The notes under the pieces were generated by a model that ran no database searches, was not told the DNA's origin, and saw nothing but the letters and a program-made list of their open reading frames with translations. 64,000 nt of DNA from Trypanosoma brucei (Eukaryota). The stretch is from positions 1,408,001 to 1,472,000 of the forward strand of contig CP000069.1 in assembly GCA_000002445.1 (NCBI GenBank). Reading direction: 5' to 3'. The translations under genes and the position numbers were made by a program. This document shows, piece by piece, positions 13,549 to 24,996 of this stretch (positions are counted from its first letter, which is position 1; every line of letters starts with the position of its first letter).

Positions 13549-15291
13549 ATGAATCAACAGGTTCCTATTGAAGGAAGGGGTGACATTGAGGGAAGGAGAC
13601 GAGAGCGTGAGGAGGCTGCGCGTAACGATGCGGAACCTCCAGCAGTGCAGCAACGAGTGGAGAATAACAAACAACCACAATGGACAATTTTGAGCAGCGT
13701 TGAAGCAGTTTTGCTGAATGGTCTGCCGCATCCTGGAAATATGAGTGTAAATGATTTTTTGAGGTTTAATTTACTCGAAGATATCGATTTGGATCAGCGT
13801 CTCCTGAGAGCATCAATGTTTGCCTTTGTACAACGATGTGAAGAGTATATTAATGACGTTAATACACTCAATCGAATATTCGCGGCAGTAGCGTATAAAG
13901 TGTACAAACGTTTTGTCAGCATCTATGGTTTCTATGAGGATGAGGGAATATTGAATCTCAGGCGCTGGCAACAAGCAAATGAGGAAGTAAAGGCCAGGTT
14001 ACACGTGAATATTCGTGGACTGAGAAATGGAGATCAAACTTGGATTATTGTCACTAACATGTTGAATGATGCACTCAAAGAAGCATTGGGAGAAGCTGCC
14101 CAAACAGCTGGTGGTGCTGTCGAACTCTCAGGTTTGTATGATTCCATTTATAATGCGAAATGGAGTTACGTGATGTCGGGTTATGATGCAGGGCCATTTG
14201 GAATGTATGTATTCAATGGAAGACCACAGCGCATATGGACCGAAGCGGAGGTGGATATAACTCCTGATCCTGCGAATGTTGATGCAGAGATTGAGGAGAG
14301 ACCTTATGGTTTGGAGATTTTCGTTCTCACGTCTGAGGAAGGTTGGCCATACAACAGGTTTGAAATGGATTACACTACGGGGCGCAAAGCAGCATTTCAG
14401 CATGTATACATCCGTCGTGAAATTATGCGCGTGTGGTATATAATTCAACGAGGATTGCAAACATGGTGGGTGGAAAAGACGGCTCACAGACCACCGATAC
14501 ATATTGTTATTGGTACAGCTGGTATTGGTAAATCATGTGGTGTTGGATCATTTTTGCTTCATTCCCTGCTTCACTTCCATGAAGGAATGCTTGATGTTGT
14601 TGCGTATTTCACAGACACGATCGCCTTCCTCATATACAACAGAAAGGGTGATGAAAGAGGGAGGGTTGAGCGGTACGAAGGTTCGAGAGCTGCGGTCAAC
14701 GCCATGAATAAAATGAAATTTGAAAACGGAGGTCACATCATTATGGACACAAGGTACGCAACGCAGCAGCTGTATACTCATCTTCCCTCTTATACTTGGG
14801 GTGTAACTTTCCTCACTTTTCCGAATAGTGCCCGTTTTGATGACTGGACTACAAATAGGGGAGGCCGCCAAATTATTATAAACTGTGATGATGTGCGTGA
14901 CATGAAGGCATTTGTGGCATGGAAAAAGCTGTCAATACATGCAAGGAAAAAGGTATCCAACAGAAGAAGACACGAATTGAGGAAGGAAATGGAAGATGAA
15001 TGAAAAATAGTGGAGGGACGTATTAATTCAATTGGGCCTCTGCATCCTTATATATCTGGTTTAAGATGTTATGAGTGGCGTCTGAAAAGAGTGCATGATG
15101 CGTTGGAAACTATGAAGAAATCGGGTGAATATTCCTATAATAATATTATTGAGCATACGGCTGCCAGAGAGAACAATGAAGTTATGAACAAGTTGGAGAA
15201 GATTGTAAGAGTAAAGGCAAATGTTGGAGGAATCGAATCATACAAATGTCAAGCTCTATCACCGATGATCCGACATATGATGATGAGCTAA
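13549..15291 (+). pseudogene. RHS: RHS (retrotransposon hot spot) protein gene, empty-site copy, 3'-truncated and degenerate (stop at 15003, then homologous frame 15010-15291)
   Basis: N-terminus MNQQVPIEGRGD...PPIHIVIGTAGIGKS (P-loop) is near-identical to the 18713 copy. It contains the uninterrupted hot-spot sequence ttttgcttcattccctg|cttcacttcc at about 14560-14587. It diverges from copy 2 after ..AWKKLS and ends about 900 bp short of copy 2. Confidence 0.75.
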
Positions 15292-18270
15292 TTGTGCTCT
15301 TGTGTGTTAGTGAAATGCGACTTTGTAACATATGATGGATTTGATACCAAAAACTGTATTTATACTTTACTAATGGTTTGTGCATTGTATACTTTTCCTC
15401 TTTCTTCGAGTGCTTGATGCAGTCACATAATTTTGTTGAATTAGTTACCACACGATGGGAATGTGTGTTTAACAATTTAATTATTATTTTAGTGGCATGA
15501 GTCAATAAATGTTTCAGTTTATCCATTGCAGATGATTGTCTCTGATATCACAGGATTCTATTACTCAAAATAAATACATTGTACTCTACAACATCTTGGA
15601 CTCCAGTTACTTTATTTTGATGGATTTCTTTTGTTTCTTTTATGATGGGAACTGCAGGAATATTGAGGGGATTAAGGAAGTGCGCAGCGGTATGTTAAAA
15701 AATAATAAAATAAAAAGAGCACAACACTGATAACAGCTACATCGCAACAAAACGAATAAGTTTTTTGAGTGAGCATCGGACAATGCCAAATGACATTGTA
15801 GAATATTATACAAACATATCTGGTTCCGTTACATTAATTTGAAAGAACACATTAAGATGTGACAGTTCTCGTTTGTGAAGGAAAACATTGATAACATTAA
15901 ATTGTGAGTAACATTTTGTTATTTTTACATTCCTCACATTACAGTTAGTTAAGCATAATTATGTTATATCTCCTTGCTTTTTATTTTTTAACTTAGAATT
16001 TTACTTTTATTATTTATTTCTTTCTTGAGGGTTGTGAAGTTAACTATGTTTGACAGCAGCACATAACTCACAGGGGTACCCTTATGGTTTCATGCGAAGT
16101 TTTTCTTTTTTTCATGTTTATTTAAAATAAACTTTTGTTTTTTGACTTCTACATGTAGCCGACTAACACTGGCAGAGTCATAGGAAGTTTGAATTCAATT
16201 TTTTCTTCCAATGAGCAAAGCTATTCATCTGTTGGCAAATGGTTATATATAGCAGTAGAATATATTACGCAGTGCTTGTTGTATTTTAATTTATTTTTAT
16301 CATTTATTTTATTGCATATCATTATTTTACAGTTGCTATAATGAAATCATTGTTATTGTGTCGTTTCAGGATATTAGATCACTTATCATTTAACGTAATT
16401 TCAAATTATGATTATATTGAAACAAGTGCATGTTAGTGAAGAATATGCCTCTCTTGATAATTCATGTCTTTTTCTCTTTTAATTTTTAATTTTCAATTTA
16501 GTGCTATAGTTTTAATTAAATGCGTATATTTAACAATGTGGTATTGTTCCATATGGAATGTATCGCCATGGGTTACCATTCACACATTAGTTACTATATT
16601 TATGGTTAAAATGTTTATGGCTGAATGCTGCATTACATTGCTATCAAAATATTATGAATTGGAATAAAATGGAAAAGAAAGCTTGTATGTAAGTGAAATT
16701 ATATCAAGTGTTGTATTTCTGCTACTCGTCAACTTGATACATTTTGCATTTACCCCTCCCACCCCAAAAAAGAAACTAGGAATGCAAGTGTATAAATGTG
16801 TTTGATGTATCCAAATGCAACCAATTGGAAGGTGCGAGTTTTCTGTTTCTTTTTTTTCTGTTTTGTATTCTTTGAACTGTGACACTTTTTTTCAAGACTC
16901 CGGTGTTACGCTGCTGAGTGATCAAAGAAAATAGAAGCAATATCTTTGGAGGAAGTTATTAGTAATTAATTAATTAGTTTGACTCTGAGAGAAAATAAAA
17001 GGGAAAACAACCACTGCTTCTTGAGGAACACAATTCTGTTGTATAGCTTCTGATGTTGTGATCATATATAACACATTTATGGTTATTATATATTTGTATA
17101 TTCCACAAGGTATATCATAGTGTTGAATAGAAAACAAGGAAGGACTTTTGAGGGGGTTTTGTATGTTCTGCTGAATAAAATGAATGGGAATGAAAATATT
17201 AGTAGCTTAACATAACATAGAAGGAGTTTAGAGATATTATGATATGTAATGCTTAAAGTGTCTCACTTACACTTTTTTTTTTTTTGGAAATAGTTACAGT
17301 AACAAAAAGAAATTTACAGTATTTATAAGGAATGGAAATAGGCAGCTGAAACATTAGCGGGAAGAGAAGGGAAGGGAAAAGAAAAAAAGTAAATTATTAT
17401 TTCTCTCATGGATATTTACACTAATTTATATAGGGAGAAACAAGCGATTAGCATACGCAAAGTAAAATGAAATGTGTAAAACATTTAGTGATATATAAAG
17501 CAGAGAACACATACAAAGACACGCACAAGCACATCCGGCACTTCAGAATATATCATATATTTTCTTATATTTGATATATTTCCTTACATATTCCATATAT
17601 TCCCTATGTTTCTGGTTCCTTATATATTCCATATATTCCATATTTTTCAGATAGAGAGAAAATATTGTAAAGCATTTGTCCATGTGGCATACATTTTCAA
17701 TACTTCTTTTTCACCATTATTCGACTCAGCACACTCCTCAAAAGAGGCCTAATATTGGATTATTATTCCCACAAATATATTTGTTTCCTTCCGTGAGCCT
17801 TTCGTTCCTTTTGAGTTTCACCAAGGCACAAAAGCAGATGCATGGTAAGGTGCTCCAATACCAAAACAAAAACAAATACCTTTCATTCCTTCATATATAT
17901 TTCTTAGATTCATGGCTCCATGGTTGCAAAAAAGAAAAAAAAAGGATCACTTAAATAAAGAATAAAGAAAGTGAGCAGCACTTGTTCGTCAGGTGAGATC
18001 TTCCTCTTTGATGTATAAGATTTTATTTTTATTGGTTTTTACGGCGACTATTATTGTATATGTTTTGATATCTCGTACTCTTATTTGCACACTGTGTACT
18101 CATTCGGAGTGCAACAGTTGGCATTAGAAATATTTTTTCCACATTAGGAAGTTATGACAAAATGTCATTCCGAGTGACAGTTCATGTGGGATTATACGCA
18201 AGTTCTGATAGTTGTTTGTATTATTTCTTCATGTAAAGCGCCTTCATCATGCACATGAATACCTTTAACC

Positions 18271-18712
18271 AAGTATTATACATTTTACATAGCTTATCAG
18301 TAAAACTAATATTTCCCATTTTTCATGGCAATGCCACATTTATTTATTCTTTTTGCTTTTCCATACCCATATATATCTAAGTATATTATTTTTTCTGAAA
18401 TGATGGTGTGCAGTAACTGGGAATTGTTGTTTGAGTTTTCCTCCAAACAGAAATGTTTATTCATACTCTCATACCTTATTTGTGCTTAAGTTGCTGTGAG
18501 TTCTAAACACATGATAAGATTTGTATTGAATCCTAATTTTAGTAAATAGTTTTCATCTGTCATATTAATTCCTAATATTCATTTATTGTATATTTATTTT
18601 GGTTTAGAAGTGTATCCGTTTTATATTCCCTCATCTTAATTCTTTTTTTTTATATTACAAAGAAAGGAAATAACACAACGCACTCAATTAAGATTATTAT
18701 TCGGAGAGTGAA
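18271..18712 (+). repeat. Duplicated RHS 5' flank, copy 2
   Basis: Near-identical to 13101-13548. Confidence 0.85.
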
Positions 18713-19729
18713 ATGAATCAACAGGTCCCTATTGAAGGAAGGGGTGACAATGAGGGAAGGAGACGAGAGCGTGAGGAGGCTGCGCGTAACGATGCGGAAC
18801 CTCCAGCAGTGCAGCAACGAGTGGAGAATAACAAACAACCACAATGGACAATTTTGAGCAGCGTTGAAGCAGTTTTGCTGAATGGTCTGCCGCATCCTGG
18901 AAATGTGAAGTTGAATGATTTTTTGAGTAGTAATGTCTATAGAAGAAACCATGTGAATGAAGTAAATAATGTATCATTGTTTTTGTTCTGTAGAATGCCG
19001 GAGCGATACATTGAAAGAAAGGATATACTGGACGAGGCATTTGATCTACCTGATTTTGGGACGTACAAACGTTTTGTCAGCGTCCATCGCTTCCTTGAGG
19101 ATGAGGGAATATTGAATCTCAGGCGCTGGCAACAAGCAAATGAGGAAGCAAAGGCCAGGTTACACGTGAATATTCGTGGACTGAGAAATGGAGATCAAAC
19201 TTGGATTATTGTCACTAACATGTTGAATGATGCACTCAAAGAAGCATTGGGAGAAGCTGCCCAAACAGCTGGTGGTGCTGTCGAACTCTCAGGTTTGTAT
19301 GATTCCATTTATAATGCGAAATGGAGTTGCGTGATGTCGGGTTATGATGCAGGGCCATTTGGAATGTATGTATTCAATGGAAGACCACAGCGCATATGGA
19401 CCGGAGCGGAGGTGGATATAACTCCTGATCCTGCGAATGTTGATGCAGAGATTGAGGAGAGACCTTATGGTTTGGAGATTTTCGTTCTCACTTCGGAGAA
19501 GGGTTGGCCATACAACAGGTTTAAAATGGATTACACTATGTGGCGAAAAGCAGTATTTCAGCATGTATACATCCGTCGTGAAATCATGCGCGTGTGGTAT
19601 ATAATCCAAAAAGATCTGAAAGCATGGTGGGTGGAAAAGACAGCTCACAGACCACCGATACATATTGTTATTGGTACACCTGGTATTGGTAAATCATGTG
19701 GTGTTGGATCATTTTTGCTTCATTCCCTG
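18713..19729 (+). pseudogene. RHS: RHS gene, 5' segment (aa 1-339), interrupted by ingi at the hot spot
   Basis: Same N-terminus and P-loop (IVIGTPGIGKS) as copy 1. The frame continues directly into ingi, giving the 1717-aa chimeric ORF 18713..23866 in the ORF track. Confidence 0.85.
19713..19729 (+). repeat. Target-site sequence ttttgcttcattccctg (TSD copy 1, immediately 5' of ingi)
   Basis: The identical 17-mer recurs after the ingi poly(A) (24980-24996) and after the RIME poly(A) (25494-25510). The empty site is present in RHS copy 1. Confidence 0.8.
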
Positions 19730-19732
19730 GCG

Positions 19733-22700
19733 ATGCCGGCCACCTCAACGTGGTGCCAGGGTCCAGTACCCCGTATCATCGGGGGAAGCCAAGAGCCAGC
19801 AGCGTTCCTTTCATGGGGAACACTGCTGTGCTCCGGCTACGGCATCATACAGCACAGGGATCAGCAGCGTCTTGCTGGGACACCGTCTTTCATTTGTCGG
19901 TCCCTGGGCACGTGCCAGCGTGCCATCAGCAGTATCATCCGCACTAAGATGCTGCTGTCCGGTGATGTGGAAGAGAATCCCGGCCCGTCGTTGCGCGGGA
20001 TGCAGTGGAACTGCGCCGGGCTATCTCAAGGAAAGAGATTAGCACTCCACAAAACCCTTGTTGATGAGCGGATCGCCTTTTGTCTGTTGAGCGAGACAAG
20101 GATGACGCCTGGAGAGGCGGCTTGCTTTAGCGTTGCTGGCTACCAACATCACGGAATAGCTCGTAACTGCAAAGGAGGTGGTGTATCAATACTAGTGAGG
20201 GAGGACCTACCAGTCGAGACCGGTATGGCCGTTATTGGTCGCATTGAACAAGTGCATGCAACAATTCACCTTGCACGTGGAACGGCGCTGACTGTCACGT
20301 CGGCATACATCCCACCAAAACACACCTTCACGGCAACTGACCTAGATACGCTTCTGACGACTGACGGTGCCCAGCTCATCGGTGCAGACGCTAACGCACA
20401 CGCGTTGGCATGGGATCGCGCGAGCCCACCAAATACCAAGGGTGAAACCCTCACACAGTGGTGCATTGACAACCAGTTTCTGGTCTGCAACACTGGTGAG
20501 TGCACCAGGTACGCGCGCCACCACGGGGAGTCCACCCCTGATGTGACACTGTCAAGGAATTGCACAGTGTACACGTGGACATCGCTGTATTCTCCCGATA
20601 GCGATCACCATCACATATTTTTCGACGTTATCGTTGGAGACGACACAGATGCACTGAGTTGCCCGCGGCTTCAAAAGCCCATGTACGCATGGCTAAAAGC
20701 TAACTGGAGGAATTTCCGTCTCAAGGTTGACGAGCTCTGCAGGAAAATTAGTAGAGAGAAGAACGTCAACACCCTGGAACAGAAATTGAGCTCCGCCATC
20801 CGCATTGCGACGAAGGTCTCCGTCCCCCGTGGCTGCAGAGCAACGCCACCACATTGGACACCTGAGCTCGCGAAACTCGATGAAGAGATCGCTGGATGCG
20901 GACCCTCCCACCGAAGGGAAAAGTTGGTAGCCACGCGTAAGCAGATCCTGGACCGTACCACAAAGAAGAGATGGAGCACGCTATGCTCCAGACTTGCGGT
21001 GTCAGACCGCTGCAGTCGGCACATTGTCAAGAAGGTATATGCGCCACGACCACTAACCACACCGGCTGTACTTGTAGATAACGCGGCCATCACGGACTAC
21101 CGTCAAGCTGAGAGGTTCAGTAAACTGTACTCGTCCCGCGCAAGAAGGCACCCCGACTCACACCCACCGGCACCAATAAAGACGATAGCGAGTGAGTTCA
21201 GTCCCATCACGATGGCTGAACTACGGAGATCGATCAAACTGCTACCGAGTGGATCCGCAGCCGGACCTGATTGCTTATACAACGAGGCACTGCAACATCT
21301 CGGCAGAACAGCGCTGAATGTTGTTCTGAGGCTATTCAATGAGAGCCTACGAACGGGAGTCGTGCCGCCTGCATGGAAGACTGGTGTTATCATCCCCATC
21401 CTGAAGGCCGGAAAAAAGGCGGAGGACCTCGATTCTTACAGGCCTGTGACGCTCACGAGCTGTCTCTGCAAAGTCATGGAGCGCATAATTGCCGCGAGAC
21501 TTAGAGACACTGTTGAGTCCCAGCTGACGCCGCAGCAATCAGGCTTTCGCCCCGGATGCTCAACGCTCGAACAACTCCTGCACGTCCGCGCTGCCCTCTG
21601 CCGTCCCACGCACCAATATCGTACGGGTGCTGTATTCGTTGACTACGAGAAGGCATTTGATACAGTAGACCACGACAAAATTGCGAGGGAAATGCACAGA
21701 ATGAAGGTATCACCCCACATTGTGAAGTGGTGCGTATCATTTCTGAGTAACCGAACTGGCAGAGTGAGATTCAAGGAGAAGCTTTCCAGAAGCAGAACAT
21801 TTGAGCGAGGAGTGCCACAAGGAACTGTCCTTGGCCCAATCATGTTCATTATTGTCATGAACTCGTTGAGCCAACGCCTTGCAGAGGTGCCGTTACTGCA
21901 GCACGGATTCTTTGCAGACGACCTAACGCTACTTGCGAGGCACACAGAGAGGGATGTCATCAACCACACACTACAATGCGGTCTAAACGTGGTGTTACAG
22001 TGGTCAAAAGAGTACTTCATGTCTGTCAACGTAGCGAAAACAAAGTGCACACTCTTCGGGTGTATAGAGCGCCACCCCCTTACATTACAACTGGACGGTG
22101 AAAGAATAGGAGCTGACAGGACACCGAAGCTTCTAGGAGTAACATTCCAGTGTCTGCAGGGGATGGCAACACATGCGGCCGAAACGAGACGCAAGATGGA
22201 CTTCCGACTACTGCAGATAGCAGCCATCTCAGCTTCTATATGGGGGCCAATACGACAAGTGCTGAGAGCTTTTTATCTAGCACTCGTACAGGCACACACC
22301 ATGTATGGCATTGAGGTATGGTACTGGGACGCTTCGGAACGAAGTCGCGACCTCCTTGCATCAGCACAACACAAAGCCAGTCGCATCATAGCCGGCATAC
22401 CGCATGGGACGCGCAAAGAGGACTCTCTGCTGGAAGCAAACCTCCTGCCACTCAAGACGACCACTCTTGTGCGCAGCATGAAATTCATGCTGATGTGTGA
22501 GTCACGAGGCGGATGTTTGCGGCGCAGTGCTGAAGAAGTATACCACAGCAAACACCCAGTCAGAGCCCTACATTCCCGTATCATGCGGTCCTACCCCCAC
22601 CTCCGCATTGAGCCACGCGAGCACCCACTAGAGACATCGACGCTCCGCCACAGCTGCCGACCGATATTTCACACGCAGATAAAGCCTGTGTGCGCTGATG

Positions 22701-23866
22701 ACCCTGACGATGTCAAAAGGGAGGCTTCCGAAAAGTGGATTGAACGACATTTTGCACGGAGGGGGAAGGAGCCACCGCGGCGAGAGCACTACGAATTGTG
22801 GACTGATGGATCCGTGTCCCTCGGTGAGAAGTCCGGAGCAGCTGCCCTGCTCTATAGAAACAACACGCTGATTTGTGCACCTAAGACAGGAGCAGGGGAA
22901 CTTTCATGCAGTTACAGAGCGGAATGCGTAGCATTAGAGATAGGACTGCAACGGCTGCTGAAATGGCTTCCGGCATACAGAAGCACACCGAGCAGGTTGT
23001 CCATCTTCTCTGACTCGCTGTCAATGTTAACAGCACTGCAGACAGGCCCCCTAGCCGTAACGGACCCAATTCTAAGACGACTATGGAGGCTTCTGCTTCA
23101 AGTTCAGAGAAGGAAGATACGTATCCGACTGCAATTTGTGTTTGGCAATTGTGGCGTGAAACGGAATGAGGTTTGCGATGACATGGCCAAAAAGGCCGCA
23201 GATTTACCACAGTTGCGAGACACATGGATCCCCGACATCATTGCTTATGCGAAGCGAGTGCTTAGGTCGGAAGAAGTCCATGAGAACACTCATAGGTTTG
23301 GTATCACGGGCAACCACTTTCCAACAAAACATAAGGAAGAACTGACGAGGGAAGAAGAAACGGCACTGGCACGCTTTCGGGTTGGGTCTTCAAGACACTA
23401 TGGATGGATGTTGCGAAAGATTAACCCGAGTGTGCCTCCACAGTGCCGATGGTGCAACCCGCAACATGCAGAGATAGGGCCAACAATACAAACAGCCCCA
23501 ACTGTTGCGACACGCACTCTTCAGAGAACCTCCGAACCGACCAAATGTACTGAATGTGATGCCACATACCAATGCCGCTCGAGTGCTGTAACGCATATGG
23601 TAAACAAACATGGCTTTGTGCGAGCTGATGCCCTTCGAAAGATAAAATACGGCGATGCAACACCTGCAGTGGATATCCCCCCGGAGCCCCCTCCAGTGGT
23701 GGCGATCGTTCCTCTACCATCGAGCACACGAGTTACGATGAGACCGCAGGTGCTTCATTGTACCATCTGTGCCTCCAAATTCGCAATGCCAGGCAGACTA
23801 CTACACCACCTTAGAACAATACATGGCATAGGCAGCGGCAGTTGCCGCGTGAAAAGGGGGCGATAA
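19733..23866 (+). CDS. ingi polyprotein ORF, in frame with upstream RHS. Contains leader with 2A motif, AP-endonuclease-like region (about 20000-20640), reverse transcriptase (about 21200-22100, FADD at about 21908-21921), RNase H-like region (about 22800-23200) and first C2H2 zinc fingers (about 23530-23840). Terminated by an in-frame TAA at 23864-23866
   Basis: Translation MPATSTWCQGPVPRIIGG...DVEENPGP...WNCAGLSQ...FVDYEKAFDTVDH...FFADDLTL...WTDGSVSLG...CTECDATYQC..HCTICASKF..HHLRTIHG. Confidence 0.85.
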   Translation: MPATSTWCQGPVPRIIGGSQEPAAFLSWGTLLCSGYGIIQHRDQQRLAGTPSFICRSLGTCQRAISSIIRTKMLLSGDVEENPGPSLRGMQWNCAGLSQGKRLALHKTLVDERIAFCLLSETRMTPGEAACFSVAGYQHHGIARNCKGGGVSILVREDLPVETGMAVIGRIEQVHATIHLARGTALTVTSAYIPPKHTFTATDLDTLLTTDGAQLIGADANAHALAWDRASPPNTKGETLTQWCIDNQFLVCNTGECTRYARHHGESTPDVTLSRNCTVYTWTSLYSPDSDHHHIFFDVIVGDDTDALSCPRLQKPMYAWLKANWRNFRLKVDELCRKISREKNVNTLEQKLSSAIRIATKVSVPRGCRATPPHWTPELAKLDEEIAGCGPSHRREKLVATRKQILDRTTKKRWSTLCSRLAVSDRCSRHIVKKVYAPRPLTTPAVLVDNAAITDYRQAERFSKLYSSRARRHPDSHPPAPIKTIASEFSPITMAELRRSIKLLPSGSAAGPDCLYNEALQHLGRTALNVVLRLFNESLRTGVVPPAWKTGVIIPILKAGKKAEDLDSYRPVTLTSCLCKVMERIIAARLRDTVESQLTPQQSGFRPGCSTLEQLLHVRAALCRPTHQYRTGAVFVDYEKAFDTVDHDKIAREMHRMKVSPHIVKWCVSFLSNRTGRVRFKEKLSRSRTFERGVPQGTVLGPIMFIIVMNSLSQRLAEVPLLQHGFFADDLTLLARHTERDVINHTLQCGLNVVLQWSKEYFMSVNVAKTKCTLFGCIERHPLTLQLDGERIGADRTPKLLGVTFQCLQGMATHAAETRRKMDFRLLQIAAISASIWGPIRQVLRAFYLALVQAHTMYGIEVWYWDASERSRDLLASAQHKASRIIAGIPHGTRKEDSLLEANLLPLKTTTLVRSMKFMLMCESRGGCLRRSAEEVYHSKHPVRALHSRIMRSYPHLRIEPREHPLETSTLRHSCRPIFHTQIKPVCADDPDDVKREASEKWIERHFARRGKEPPRREHYELWTDGSVSLGEKSGAAALLYRNNTLICAPKTGAGELSCSYRAECVALEIGLQRLLKWLPAYRSTPSRLSIFSDSLSMLTALQTGPLAVTDPILRRLWRLLLQVQRRKIRIRLQFVFGNCGVKRNEVCDDMAKKAADLPQLRDTWIPDIIAYAKRVLRSEEVHENTHRFGITGNHFPTKHKEELTREEETALARFRVGSSRHYGWMLRKINPSVPPQCRWCNPQHAEIGPTIQTAPTVATRTLQRTSEPTKCTECDATYQCRSSAVTHMVNKHGFVRADALRKIKYGDATPAVDIPPEPPPVVAIVPLPSSTRVTMRPQVLHCTICASKFAMPGRLLHHLRTIHGIGSGSCRVKRGR
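19964..19987 (+). other. 2A-like self-cleaving peptide motif DVEENPGP in the ingi leader
   Basis: Codons ggt gat gtg gaa gag aat ccc ggc ccg read G D V E E N P G P. This is the canonical D(V/I)ExNPGP motif. Confidence 0.8.
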
Positions 23867-24706
23867 AACGAGGACTCAGTGCAAGGAGATGGTAAAGCCC
23901 CAGCAGCGCCAGCCTCTCAGGATACACGGAAGCTGCCGTTTCAATGTGACCTGTGCGAGGCGAGCTTCGGTACACGTTCTTCCCTGACACTACACAAGAA
24001 ATTCAAACATAAAAGCATAGTGACGGAGGACGGTACCGTGGTGTTGGTGCAATTCCCTCGTAAGCGTGCCCGTGAGGGAAACGTTGACGTCCCGGGGAAG
24101 GGCGAGGTGCAGTGCGGTGTGTGCCAAAAAGTGCTCAGTTGCAGGGACTCCCTCATCCGACACTGTAAGGCTTTCCACAAAGGTGAGGGAGTCGAGCTTA
24201 AATGCAGCAAAAGCACAAAATTGTGTGCCACTGATTCCCCGCATACAAACACATCCATGTTGGTGTGCCCGACATGCGGAAGGCAGTGTGCTAGCAAAAC
24301 TGGCCTCACCCTACATCAAAAGAAGATGCACGGTATGAAGGTAGAGCGCGCTGTTACCAGCCAACGCGGCGACTGCGAAGAAACGTCGCTGCACTTGATG
24401 AGCTGTCCCGGTTTGAAGGAGTTACGTGTCAGATTTGCGGTAGAAGGTGAGTGTGTGCAGGATGTATGCTTCTCCAAAAGGCTGGCGCAGTTTCTCATTG
24501 CGGTTGAACGGAGCCGGCCGCAGGTGAAGTCCTCACCTAAGGTAACAGTCATACAACCCACTCTCCCTTCTGCAACTTCCCCCCTTATTGCCGAGTGTGG
24601 AGCAAGCAGGAAAAGCACCGGACGCAGGAATAGTCCAGACACCCTCAGAGACAGAGGAGGTATGCAGTCAACAAGCAACAGAAACAGAAAGAGGGGGAGA
24701 GAATAA
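23867..24706 (+). CDS. ingi ORF continuation after the single in-frame stop: C-terminal C2H2 zinc-finger region (ORF track 23879-24706)
   Basis: Same frame as 19733..23866. Motifs FQCDLCEASFGTRSSLTLHKKFKH, CGVCQKVLSCRDSLIRHCKAFH and CPTCGRQCASKTGLTLHQKKMH. Summed length of about 1654 codons matches a full-length ingi ORF. Confidence 0.7.
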   Translation, partial: NEDSVQGDGKAPAAPASQDTRKLPFQCDLCEASFGTRSSLTLHKKFKHKSIVTEDGTVVLVQFPRKRAREGNVDVPGKGEVQCGVCQKVLSCRDSLIRHCKAFHKGEGVELKCSKSTKLCATDSPHTNTSMLVCPTCGRQCASKTGLTLHQKKMHGMKVERAVTSQRGDCEETSLHLMSCPGLKELRVRFAVEGECVQDVCFSKRLAQFLIAVERSRPQVKSSPKVTVIQPTLPSATSPLIAECGASRKSTGRRNSPDTLRDRGGMQSTSNRNRKRGRE

Positions 24707-24979
24707 TAAACGAATAACAAAAATCAAAACAAAAGGATTGCTAATTGACATCTTTGGGAGAGTCCGGGGTGAGGGGGGCTTCTCGCCCCATCTGCTGTAT
24801 TCCGTTCAACTGCGGAGCTACAACAAAAATTATAGAGGGTGTGTTAGGATGAATAAAAAAGGGAGACTCTGCCACAGTCGCCAGACCGATAGCATCTCAG
24901 GGCTCTACGGTGATGGCTGATGGCCGCGCCAGTTGGGAGAAACTCTCACGAAGGCACGAAGAAAATTCAAAAAAAAAAA

Positions 24980-24996
24980 TTTTGCTTCATTCCCTG
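24980..24996 (+). repeat. TSD copy 2 (ttttgcttcattccctg), shared between the ingi 3' end and the RIME 5' end
   Basis: Follows the ingi (A)11 and precedes gcgatgccgaccacc of RIME. Confidence 0.8.

Larger units (their letters stand above)
19730..24979 (+). mobile_element. ingi: ingi non-LTR (LINE-like) retrotransposon, full length about 5.25 kb, poly(A) tail 24969-24979
   Basis: It starts with ggcgATGccggccacctcaacgtggtgccagggtccagtac (the RIME 5' half) and ends with ..cacgaaggcacgaagaaaattc(a)11 (the RIME 3' half). The internal ORF carries EN, RT (FADD), RNase H and zinc-finger regions. It is flanked by the TSD. Confidence 0.9.

Noticed and set aside
17551-17650. Short degenerate tandem motif tattccatatat
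   Set aside because: Only about 4 imperfect units in an AT-rich spacer; ordinary low-complexity DNA with no evident function.
20266-23729. Minus-strand ORFs of 100-194 aa inside ingi (e.g. 21643..22227, 20671..21093)
   Set aside because: They are antisense to a well-supported RT, EN and RNase H coding frame; chance open frames in GC-richer element DNA.
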